Shown: one piece after another, positions 25,198 through 36,520 of the stretch | How the letters are laid out: each line of letters begins with the position of its first letter | How positions within the stretch are numbered: position 1 is the first letter of the stretch | DNA from: Basidiobolus meristosporus CBS 931.73 | Taxonomy: Eukaryota > Fungi > Basidiobolomycota | DNA: 64,000 bases | NCBI GenBank assembly: GCA_002104905.1 | Contig: MCFE01000460.1 | Span: forward strand, 1 to 64,000 | Direction: 5' to 3' | Notes under the pieces: generated by a model | Told to the model about the DNA's origin: nothing | The model's input: only the letters and a program-made list of their open reading frames with translations | Database searches by the model: none | Program-made: the position numbers and the translations under genes

Positions 25198-25881
25198 TTA
25201 GGAGGTACTGGCTGATAGTTCTGAATTCGTGGTGGCAGTTAGCGAGGAGGTTTCGGAGTCAGTGTCCGTGCCCACAACCTTCTTGTTGTAGTAGGTTTGC
25301 TGGCTCTCGTTCAGTCTCTCCAGTATGATCCTAATCTCGTAGACATTGCCCAAGCTGAGCCTTTGCTCTTTCAAGGAGGCTTCCCAGCGTTTGAATAGCT
25401 CGACCATCTTTTTCCAGTCGCTTTTTTGGTAGCTCATCATCTCACCAAGCTCCTTGCCATGCTTCAGCCAAAACCCTTTCCACTTCTCCCCCAATAAGCC
25501 TGTGAACCTCTCTCGCTTCAGCTGGTACCGCTCACGATCCGTGCAGATGGAGAAGTATCCGCTCTCGTGCAAGCCGAAGGCTTGAGGAGATCTTACAATC
25601 GACAGTGTGATCGAGGTCAACAGGGTGAATCGGGCGGTGACACTCAACTCAGGGGAATGGAATTGCTCATACCAAGCAACCAGCTGATCCACTTCCTGAG
25701 TGACACGGGGGTTCTGCCCAAAACGTTCAGTCGAATAAAGAATGAGCTGCCGAATGTCAGCGTGCTTGTTGCTGGCCTTGATCAGTAATATCTCTAACTG
25801 TGCACGGGGAAGCTTGCTGATCCGATTCAATATCTGGCTATTTAAAAGGAGGTTTTTTTCCCCTTCATTTAGCAAATCCAT
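25198..25881 (-). CDS. Hypothetical protein (227 aa, intronless)
   Basis: ATG-initiated long ORF with helical, protein-like composition. No family recognised. Confidence 0.65.
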   Translation of the reverse strand: MDLLNEGEKNLLLNSQILNRISKLPRAQLEILLIKASNKHADIRQLILYSTERFGQNPRVTQEVDQLVAWYEQFHSPELSVTARFTLLTSITLSIVRSPQAFGLHESGYFSICTDRERYQLKRERFTGLLGEKWKGFWLKHGKELGEMMSYQKSDWKKMVELFKRWEASLKEQRLSLGNVYEIRIILERLNESQQTYYNKKVVGTDTDSETSSLTATTNSELSASTS

Positions 25882-27364
25882 ACTTTGTGTTCACCTGGTG
25901 TCGAATTGGTGAAGGGGTCTCTGCTGGACTTCTCTCCTGGGTAGCCTACGTTGGTCTAAATCCAGCACTGGGGTGTTGAGCAGGTCAAGTCGGCGGGTCT
26001 ATGTCGCGGCGGTTGCTCGTTGCGGTGGGCTATGATACGCTTCTCTAGGTGGTGATGGTGTAGCGGTGTTCTATAGAAATCTTGACCTACAGGAAGTGAC
26101 AACGGGTAACCTCTGGTAGTGGTGTCAGAGCCAGACAAAAAGAGAAGATCGAGAGTTGGGAGTAGCGATGGCCAATATATATGGGGGAGAATCTCGCATC
26201 ACTCTCGTCCCTAACTTTCTGAATGGCGTAATGAATAGGGGATAAGTCTGAGCTGGATCGACTGCCAAATCCAGTTGTGGAGTCACATCAAGGTAACATG
26301 GAGATGGCGTTCCTACATATCATTTCCTTATACCCATCCCAGAATGTTCCAAATCATGGCCCTGCATCTGACCGGTAATGAGCCGCGTATCAGAGGAGGT
26401 CTGATAGAAAACACCACCACAGACGATAATGTGTCTAAGGCTCTGGTTGGCATCATGGCCGCTGACGCTTCTTTCAGCGGATACAGTTGGACGGGATGCT
26501 ACGGTAAGCTTGCCTGCCGGCCATCGACTCGGACAGAGCGCTCCTGTGTCCCCGGATACATATTTCTCACGTGCAAGTATTCAATCCAGCTGATGAGGAT
26601 AGTCTGTCTAATTTGTTTCACGAGAAGGTGGTTGGTGGAGCTGACGGGTGAAACAGCGATGTCAAATTGATCCGACACAGCATTGCACCTAATCCTTGCC
26701 CATTCTCGCAACAACCCTTACGATTCCATTTGGCCGAAGCCTATTTTATGTAAACGATCCAAGTAGGCCAGTCAGCTTATCGAGCGATACGAGTGACACC
26801 CCGATATAAGATTCTCTTGGGCCAATCCACACACATGCATGATGAAAGCTTGCGATATATCTGCATCTCAATCTCACTCAGAGCACCACGTTTGCCACCC
26901 CTAGATCCCACACGGCTCGCTCGATCGAGGAGGGATGGCGCCACCACTCACATCAGCTGGAGCTACCTGCTTGCTTCTGTGTGTGCGAAGCGCTGGATGT
27001 TCTAGCATGTGAGACTTGAATGGCTTGGATCGAAGCAACATCCGCCATGCCTCTGGCAAGTGCTTTTCTGAACATTGTGCAGGTATGTATCGGTCTGCAT
27101 CATGCAAAGCCCCGACGAAGGGAGCCCGAATACCACATTTATTGTATACTTCATTCTCCGTCAGAGACTCGACTCCCTCCTATGAAACAATACACCACCG
27201 TTGCAAATCTGTTTCTTGCGGATTTATTTCAAACCTTGAAGGAGAGCCGGGTATCTCGCAGGAGCAGTGCCGAACGTTTACTAACGTTCGGCGTCACAAT
27301 GAAATCGGGGTTATGCGCAAGAAATGTGGTTGACAGGTGGTGGCAGCCGCTCAGTACAAGAACC

Positions 27365-28104
27365 TCACTTCAGGTGGGCCAGCCTAACTCTGCTGAGAAG
27401 CCCCAGCAGGATCAGAGCAACCACTGGATACCACACCCACGATTGCTGGAAATGGCTGACCATCCAATCGGATTGAGTGCCAAGCAACGAGTTTATCCAC
27501 AGGATGGATAATATAAAATATCCGAGGAGCCTGTGTCGTTTGTACAATTTTCTCGCTCTCCCCTGATTTCCAAACAGGGCTGGGAACGAATGTAAGGCCA
27601 TGCCGAAAATGATTTGGCCGAGAATCAGCAGCACCGCACCCAAGCCAAGCCTGCCATGCCATGATGTAAAGTGTGGCTTCGAAAAAAGCATCTTGTTAAT
27701 GAAGATGACCGCCACCCCGGTAACGCCCAGAGCCCCTCCCCCAAGCATAATATACCGATGCCATATCGTCGCGCCAGGCTTACTCTGAGAATTGGTCTTT
27801 TGGAGCAGTAGTACGGCTATTTCGGGTCAGAGGGAATCAAGTGGGTTAGTCGATGGAGCCGCTGGACGGGGATGTGGGGTGACCTTCTCTTACCTTCGGA
27901 TACAAGCACCAAGGCCAGGGACATCAGGATTGGGTGCCATGAAAAGAGAATCCATTTAGCGTTCGCTATGATTCCCCCAATACCAACAAGGAAGGTGAAT
28001 AAGAGAAGCTGGATGCCTGAAAAGGTCCAGCCGAACCTCGTAGGGCTCTCAGCTACGCCGGGAGAACCCAGCAAAGGTGTGGAGGCTGAAGCTTGCTCTG
28101 CCAT
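27365..28104 (-). CDS. Cytochrome b561 domain protein (CYB561D2-like), 2 exons
   Basis: FSWHPILMSLA, WHRYIM, PHFTSWHGRLGL and HRLLGY give four heme-ligand His in TM helices. One GT-AG intron near 27828-27893. Confidence 0.88.
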
Positions 28105-29568
28105 ATCTTCAAAGCTTTCTCCAAAGAGCGGAATCAATCAGATATGGGGAAACAACTGCTTCCCCTCTGAATTTAAGTTCTTATTCACTTGCACCCACCA
28201 AAAATCCTCATCCATGCATTGTTCATGACTAATTCAATCTGAATTTTTCCGGGCTTGAAATACGTAATTTGGTAGGGATTATTTGCAATCTGTCCAAATT
28301 GGCCTCTTGATTCGCTTGAAACGCTGCGCTGTCTCAGTGGATCGATCCTGCTTGAACGTGGATTATCAAATGTTGCTAGGTGGGTATTGAGCCGAGCAAT
28401 CAAGGAGCTAGAGAGCCTCGCGAGACCAGCCATATGTAGCGGAGGGTGCATAGGAAGGAAAACAAATATGTGCTCTCCTTCAGATTGCTGGAGGGTGCAG
28501 AAGCCTCGGAGTTGTAGCCCTCTCCAGTGTGTTTCAACTGGAATTGGAAGTTCGTTGTAACACGCAATACTGAAGAGTTCTGGCAACATCAGAGACTTGC
28601 ATCATTACTCAGAATGCCAGCAATTTGGTGGACATGCCGAATCAGCGGTTGGCCAATCATGCTTTACAATGGGGGATGCTGGGCATTTTCGCTGAAACGA
28701 CGCCATACATGCAAAAAACCCGTGACAACCCCTCTGCTGAGCGGAGATTCTCATTGGTTTAATCCTTTCAGACGCAGATCTGGTAAAGGTGGGAGGCCAC
28801 AAGGCCAATATCTGGGATACGGTTCGGATTGCTTATCAAGCATAGGTATGAAAGCTAACAAATCTAAAACCTACTATGTCCGGGGCATTCGTAAATACAT
28901 GCAAGCGATTCGCGCACCCGAAATCATTCAATAAATGGGTAGTTCAGCGTTCGGAATGCTGCGGACTATGTTTGATGGCATTCGATACATTGCATCGAGT
29001 CTTTCTTGAATAGCTCATAGTATTGGCTCCGTAGGACACAAGGAATCTCGACGCAGATGGCTCCTCTTGAGGCCTGCTCCCCAGTATCTTGAATATGCGT
29101 TATATCACCTTTTCAATAGGCCATACGAAATGATTTGCTTCATTCATACATTTGAAATACAACGCTGAGGGTTCCGAGGGCGAGTATATGGGCAAGTGGG
29201 ATGGAGCTTTGACGACTTACCCAATGCTTAACACCAAAATACTCTAAAGAACAGAATACAGAGACAATTTTTTCAACTGAGCTGGCGATAGGCAAATGCC
29301 TTCGGACGGAGACAAACTCTTCGATTTTCCTGCCCCTTCGCAAATCTGTACCTTGTTGGAGTCTAGTATAGTGTGTTGAACAAATTTCTTTATACTAAAT
29401 TTCTGCTAAATTTCCCTTTCTGTGGGAGCAAACAGCAAATTAAAACGATATTATATTTACAAGTATCGCTAGTTCTAGCTAAGAACATACTTTGCCAACT
29501 CAAAGTAGGATGGAAAACCAGAAGTTTGGAGATTCTTTGACCTCCACAAGCTTCAAGCACTCATATAC

Positions 29569-29917
29569 TGTTGTAAAAATTCGGAATTCCACCTAAATAT
29601 TCACCTAACTTAGTCACTTAGATCATTACCCTCAAATCCTAGAGAATACTGACCAAATTCCTTGCCAGGATTTACTTAGAATATTTTCACCAAAATACCA
29701 GGTACCCAGAACATGAAAATTTGATAAGTTGTCCAAACAGCCCCAAACTTTGCACACATGTTCTTGGGACCTTCCTTAACCTATTCTACGTGTTTGTTAT
29801 GCCAAGACCAGGTAAAAGTATAAATACTACTTTTACATTCAATAAATCATTAAGTGAAAACCACATAATCTACTTGTTCTCCAAATCACTTCCAATACCT
29901 CCAAGACTCTTACAACA
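29569..29917 (+). repeat. 5' LTR of copy 3 (349 bp)
   Basis: Terminal inverted repeats intact. About 14 mismatches to the 3' LTR by eye (about 96% identity). Confidence 0.96.
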
Positions 29918-29929
29918 GGTTATGAGCCC
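29918..29929 (+). promoter_or_regulatory. Primer-binding site complementary to the anticodon stem-loop of initiator tRNA-Met
   Basis: GGTTATGAGCCC directly after the LTR. It is the reverse complement of GGGCTCATAACC in fungal tRNA-iMet and the same type as the Ty5 and Drosophila copia PBS. Confidence 0.9.
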
Positions 29930-30084
29930 CAAGCTGTCACTCTCTGCAATGTCTACTACTGCTATTACTGGAATTTTCCCTCTGCTGAAAAGCTGGATGG
30001 ATCTAACTACCAAGTGTGGAAGGTGAAGATGAAGATGCTGCTACAAGAAAGAGGCCTTTGGGATATTGTTATGGGAGAAGAATG

Positions 30085-30434
30085 TGTTGTAAGAGTCTTG
30101 GAGATATTGGAAGTGATTGGGAGAACAAGTAGATTATGTGGTTTTCACTTAATGATTTATTGAATGTAAAAGTAGTATTTATACTTTTACATGGTCTTGG
30201 CATTACAAACACGTAGAATAGGTTAAGGAAGGTCCCAAGAACATGTGTGCAAAGTTTGGGGCTGTTTGGACAACTTTGAGAATTTTCATGTTCTGGGTAC
30301 CTGGTATTTTGGTGAAAATATTCTAAGTAAATCCCGACAAGGAATTTGGTCAGTATTCTCTAGGATTTGAAGATGATGATCTAAGTGACTAAGTTAGGTG
30401 AATATTTAGGTGGAAAATACAAATTTTTACAACA
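30085..30434 (-). repeat. Solo LTR of the same family inserted in reverse orientation into gag
   Basis: 350-bp LTR flanked by the 5-bp direct repeat GAATG (30080-30084 and 30435-30439). Gag continues on both sides. Confidence 0.96.
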
Positions 30435-33400
30435 GAATGACCTTCTAAAAACGTGGGAGAGGAAGCCTTAAAGTACCAGAAGAAAGAACAAAGTGCCTTT
30501 AACTGCATTTGCCTTAATGCCAAGGACAAATTGCTAATTCAATGCTCAAGAGCAAAAACGGCAAAGAATGCCTGGAAAGCATTGGAAGACACCTACCAGC
30601 CATGTTCAGCTGCCAAGAAAATGTATCTGAGACAAAAATTCTTTACCACAAAGATGCTGCCAGGAGAAGAAATGAAAAATCCAATTAACCAAATTACCCT
30701 GCTGGTAGATAAAATGGAATCTGTGGGTGTACCAACTACTGATGAGGCTGTGTTAGTTACCATCCTCCATAGCCTGACAGATGAGTTTCAGGGCCTTGTA
30801 TCAGCCCTAGAGTCCAGAACTGAAGATTTGACCTTAAATTACATATATGGAAGGCTCCTGGATGAAGAATTAAGAAAATTAAGCGCCAATAAGAAGGAAG
30901 AAGAAAATGCTCTAATAAGCAATGATAACCAACAAAGGAGGTACCCAAGACCCTACAAAGGCAACAGCAACCTGTTTTGTAACTACTGCAAAAGGAAAGG
31001 ACACACATCAGACCGGTGTCTCAAAAAGAGAGATAATCAGCAAAAGAAGCCTGAATATGGAAATGCTGCAACAACTGAAGATAGACTATTCATATCTGCA
31101 CTAAATATGACCACAAACAAGGATTCTCAGACGTGGTATATTGACTCTAGAGCATCTCAACACTTTACACACCAAAAAGAACTTTTTACTCAATATCAAG
31201 AAATTCCAATTAAGAAGGTTTTCATGGGTGACAATAGAACCCTTGATGCAGTGGGAGAAGGAACTATCCAAGTAAACCTTAGAAGCAGTGAAGGAAGCCA
31301 TACACTGACCTTTAAAGAAGTACTCTATGTACCAGAAATAGCCAAGAACCTACTCTCTATAAGTAAGGCCACAGCAGAAGGACTCAGTTTCAGTTTTGAC
31401 AATTCTGGATGCAGGATCACTGATCAAAATGGTGCCCATATTGCTTTGGGCATCAGAGATCAGAATCTATACAAGTTGACTTATATTCCATCATATTTGG
31501 AAGCCAAAAGAAGCAACTTAAATGAAGAAACACCAATGCTTTGGCACAGGAGATTTGGACACATCAATTTTGGTTATTTGCACAAAATGATCAAAGATCA
31601 GCTAATTTCTGGAGTAAAAATTGATCCCCCAGCTAATTTGGAGCACTGTGAAGCCTGCATATATGGGAAACAAGCCAGACAACTGTTCAAGAGCTCTGGG
31701 TTAATCAAAACTAAGAAAAAATTTGATCTAATTCACTCAGATCTGTGTGGACCTATGCAAAATTTATCCTAGGCGGGATGAAGTATTTAATCACTTTTAT
31801 TGATGATTATACAAGATACACATGGGTCTACTTCATGGAGAGAAAGGAAGAAGCTCTGTCTAAGCTCAGGGAGTTTGAAGCCATGGTGGAGAGAGAAACT
31901 GGTGAAAAAATCAAGAAAATATGCTCTGACAATGGTGGAGAATATACCTCAAAACTCTTCATCCACTTCTGCAAGATTCATGGGATAAAGCAAGAGACTA
32001 CTGTACCATACTCCCCACAGCAAAATGGAGTAGCAGAACAAGCTAAAAGATCAATAATTGATATGGCAAGATCTATGATCCATGATCAAAAATTATCCTA
32101 TGATTTTTGGGCGGAATCAGTTGCCACTGCTGTATATCTTAAAAATAGGAGTTATAACAGAATACTTTGTGATTCTACTCCATTTGAAGCATGGTATGGA
32201 TACAGACCAAGTGCAGAACATCTAAGAATATTTGGGTGTACAGCATATGCCAAAAAACTGGCCGGAAATCAGTCAAAATTTGAGCCAAAAAGTATAAAAT
32301 GCATATTTTTGGGCAACTGCAATCAGAGTAAGGCATACAGACTCTACAATACCAAAGCAAAGAAGCTGATCAAGTCCAGGGATGTGTTGTTTGATGAAAA
32401 TTCAAAATTTTCACAAAAAATGACATCAGATGATGACAAAAATTTGATCTAAAGTCTGCTAATTGTCAGGATTGAATCAGAGCAAAACAATGAGAAATTT
32501 TTCACTCCAGAGGACTCTACAACCATGGTTCAGCCAGAATCAGTGCCCAGGAATATCTCAGAAGTGATCATTCCAGTATCAAATGCCTGGAGATCCAATT
32601 GGACAAGAAATAGCCCAAATTACTATATCAATGAGGGTACAAACTTAGCCTATGCCTATTCAGTCCATGTTGATGAACCCCAGACTGTAAAAGAGGCCCT
32701 AAATAGCCCTCAGACAAAATTTTGGAGATCTGCAATGACTGAGGAATATCAGGCCCTGATGGAAAATCAAATTTGGGACTTAGTCAAATTACCAACCAAC
32801 CAAAAATCAATTGGATGCAGATGGGTCTTTAAGACAAAATACAAGGCTGATGGTACAATTGAAAGATACAAAGCAAGACTTGTAGCCAAAGGATACTCTC
32901 AAACAAAAGGACTTGACTATACTGAGACCTTTGCACTGGTAGCCAAGTTTAATTCCATCAGATTAATATTGGCTATTGCAGCCAAATATAAGTTTTTTAT
33001 TCATCAAATGGATGTAAAAGCTGCATTTTTGAATGGAGAACTTGATGAGAACATGTATATGGACCAGCCTGATGGGTTTGTTGACCAAGATAACCCCCAT
33101 TTGGTCTGCAAGCTTAAAAAGTCACTATATGGTCTCAAACAATCACCAAGAGCCTGGAATTGCAAGATAGATTCTTATTTGGAATCTTTGAGTTTCAAAA
33201 GAAGTAATGCTGACTATAGTATATACTATAAGCCAGATAGAGCAAATCCAGTTCTATTAGCTCTATATGTGGATGATCTTATTATAGCTACCAATAACCT
33301 AGAAACATTGGAAGAGACTAAATCCAGCCTATCTAAGGAGTTCAAGATGTTTAATCTAGGTGAACTTAATTACTACTTAAGGATTAAGTTCTCCATAGAC

Positions 33401-34257
33401 AGAAGTACCCAGACTATCACCCTAAGCCAATCCAAGTATATTCAAGATATACTAAAGAAGTACAAAATGGAAGACTGTAAACCGGCAGCTACCCCAATGG
33501 AGACAAACCTTAATTTGGTCAGAACTCAACCAAATCAAGAGAGCTTGGTGCCATCTGAAAGCCCTGGCTTTCCTTATCAATCTATGGCCAGCAGTCTGAT
33601 GTATATCATGCTTGGAACACGTCCAGATATCTCATATTCAGTGGGAGTTGTCAGCCAACATAACCAGAACTATGGATCTGATCATATTGCAGCAGTTAAG
33701 CGGATTTTTAGATACCTAAAAGGAACTGCTGATATCTGCTTAAGATACACTTATAATGATTCAGAACAGGGTCTTGTGGGATACTCTGATGCTGATTGGG
33801 GACAAAATTTGGAAGACAGAAGATTCACCACAGGATACACCTTTCTTTACTATAAAGGAGCAATTTTATGGAATTCAAGAAAGCAACCAACCGTAGCACT
33901 TTCTACCACAGAGGCAGGGTATATGGCAGCCTGTGAAGCTACAAAAGAAGCAATGTGGTTAAGAAAGCTGTTTACAGATTTAGGCCTATGTCAAAAAACA
34001 CCTATTACTTTATTTCAAGATAATCAAGGATGTATACAATTAGGTAGAAATCCAACTTTTCATGCTAGAACCAAGCACATAGATATTAGACATCATTTCA
34101 TACGTGAAGCTATAGAGAATAACTTAGTTAGCTTAGTTTACTGTCCTACAGATGAAATGATTGCAGACATATTTACCAAACCATTAGCTAGAGACAAGTT
34201 TGAATATCTTAGGTCAAAATTAGGACTAGTCAGTATGAACATTTAGCTGAGTGGGAG

Positions 34258-34606
34258 TGTTGTAAAAATTTGTAATTCCACCTAAATATTCACCTAACTT
34301 AGTCACTTAGATCATTACCCTCAAATCCTAGAGAATACTGACCAAATTCCTTGCCAGGATTTACTTAGAATATTTTCACCAAAATACCAGGTACCCAGAA
34401 CATGAAAATTCTCAAAGCTGTCCAAGCAGCCCCAAACTTTGCACACATGCTCTTGGGACCTTCCTTAACCTATTCTACATGTTTGTAATGCCAAGACCAG
34501 GTAAAAGTATAAATACTACTTTTACATTCAATAAATCATTAAGTGAAAGCCACATAATCTACTTGTTCTCCAAGTCACTTCCAATATCTCCAAGACTCTT
34601 ACAACA
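34258..34606 (+). repeat. 3' LTR of copy 3 (349 bp)
   Basis: Follows the PPT ctgagtgggag. Termini intact. Confidence 0.96.
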
Positions 34607-34685
34607 AGGGAAAGTTTGAAAATTACAGATAACTTCCTAGACTCATGGATTTTCAGAATTGGTTTACATCAGTTGACCTAAATCA

Positions 34686-34878
34686 TGTTGTAAGAGTTTT
34701 GGAGATTCTGGAAGTGATTCAGAGAACAAGTTGATTATGTGATCTCACTTAATGATTTGTTGAATGTAGGAGTAGTATTTACACTTTATATGTAGACAGA
34801 GTTCTCCAAGATTTGTAAAAAGTAATCCAAGTGACTAAGTGAGGTGTATATTCCAGTGTAGTTACAAAGTTTACAATG
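34686..34878 (-). repeat. Short diverged LTR variant (about 190 bp)
   Basis: Both LTR ends are recognisable (tgttgtaagagttttggag... and ...aagtgactaagtgaggtgtatattccagtgtagttacaaagtttacaatg), but the middle is missing. Confidence 0.65.
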
Positions 34879-34904
34879 CTGCCACTCAACTAAGTACTCA
34901 TATT

Positions 34905-35251
34905 TGTTGTAAGAGTCATGGAGATATTGGAAGTGACTGGGAGAACAAGTAGATAATGCGGTTTTCACTTAATGATTTATTGATTGTAAAAGTAGTATTT
35001 ATACTTTTACATGGCCTTGGCAAAACAATATGTAGAATATGTTTACAAAGGTCCCAAGAGCATGTGTGCAAAGTTTGGGGCTGATTGGACAACTGTGAGA
35101 ACTTTCATGTTCTGGGTACCTGATGTTTTGGTGAAAATATTCCAAGTAAATCCCAACAAGGAATTTGCTCAGAATTCTCTAAGATTTGTAGGTAATGATC
35201 TAAGTGATCAAGTTAGGTGAATATTTAGGTGGAATTCCAAAATTTACAACA
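34905..35251 (-). repeat. Solo LTR of the copia family (347 bp)
   Basis: Full reverse-complement LTR with intact termini. Flanks ATATT and TTGTG do not form a TSD. Confidence 0.92.
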
Positions 35252-36199
35252 TTGTGCCCGAGTAAGTCTGCTAGCAGCTATGGTAACAGTCAGCTCACTG
35301 GTTCTAGCAATATATGCACCTGTACATCTCCACCTCTGTAGAAAACCATTTCCAGAGGACGATTATCTCAGCTCTAACCCAAATTCAGTGGAATCAGAAA
35401 ACCGTGGGTCTGTGTTGACACTGATGCGGTTGTTCTTGGCACAAAAGCTTGATTTGTGTAACTGGTTGGTAGAATTCCGTAGTTTGCCGCGAAGCCCTAA
35501 TCAAGGTAACTCACCCAAGGAGTGGTTATTGCTTGGTAGAAGCCAAGTTGGTAATAATGATCAAGCGGTGAGTGTGATCAATATTCCACTGTGCAACGAT
35601 CGAAATGCCTAATTGGTGCCAACCTAATTAGTTGTTCAATCAGTTTTTTGAGCGGGGGCGATGCCCAATGAGAGCTCACCGAGGTCTTGGAGATGACTTA
35701 CCGACAAACAAATAGAGGATTGATACCGACTATGCTGTCCACATCCCAATACCGCTGTGCATATTAACCTACCAACTATGTCCTTCAGCTAGCCTTTTTT
35801 CATCGATCTGGTCGGTACACAACCATCCCGGGCCATTAATTAATGTATCGTTTGTATATAATCTATATACACCATGCATTGTTATGCATCAGTGTTGATA
35901 GCCAATACTTTGCACAAAGCAGATGTGCCAATGTGCACCAAACCAGAACAAACCCCATTTTGTGATACCCATATCCATGCACGGAGAGGATTCTCGAGGA
36001 TCATCCAAGCTCCATGTCGAAGCCCACATTCGCTTTCCTGATGATCCCACATGAAAATCCACGCATTTACAGGGCCTGAATGATATCATCAGTGATCCGA
36101 CTCTTTTCTATTTAGAACATTACGGTTGCGTTCGTGGAATCCACACAAATGCTTAAGTTGCGAGGAAGCCGGATCATCAGTTGGTCGTAGTGATCATTG

Positions 36200-36520
36200 T
36201 GTGCTCTTTGGGAGGCGTGAGTTCACCACAACACAGTCATTGGTTGCCCTAGTAGACAGTACAAAGATAGGTGATGCCCCTTAGGCCTTGCCAAATCCTG
36301 TATTGGTTCCTTTAACTGCCAAGCCTCGTGCTGCATTGACCTGAAGGCCATACAGTACGGGCCCTGCTTTGGCACTTGGCATATGGATCAGAGCTTGCCA
36401 GGCTGTATAAGGCCGCCCATAGCTCACCGGTTCACGAGGCGCACTTGGCCTCCACTGAACGGCCAGAAAATGAGACAACGTGAGGCTATGGAGATCCAAC
36501 CTTTTATTTGTTATCGCGGC
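36200..36520 (-). pseudogene. Decayed MDR-family (NADPH:quinone oxidoreductase-like) gene fragment
   Basis: YTAWQALIHMPSAKAG...NAARGLAV resembles LTAWQAL...KAGQRVLIHAAAGGVG. No intact ORF. Confidence 0.3.

Larger units (their letters stand above)
29569..34606 (+). mobile_element. Full-length but inactivated Ty1/copia element (copy 3) with a nested inverted solo LTR
   Basis: 5' LTR 29569-29917, PBS 29918-29929, gag-PR-IN-RT-RH to the stop at 34246, PPT 34247-34257, 3' LTR 34258-34606. It has 1-bp deletions near 29975 and 31770 and a nonsense codon at 32450. Confidence 0.97.

Noticed and set aside
28700-28935. YMQAIRAPEII and GYGSDC resembling a CMGC kinase activation segment
   Set aside because: No HRD, VAIK or other subdomains were found nearby. 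Too short to support even a pseudogene call.
29721-29917. ORFs read through LTR copies (5807-6070, 29721-30026, 35011-35220 and others) as host genes
   Set aside because: They are translations of the LTR repeat itself.
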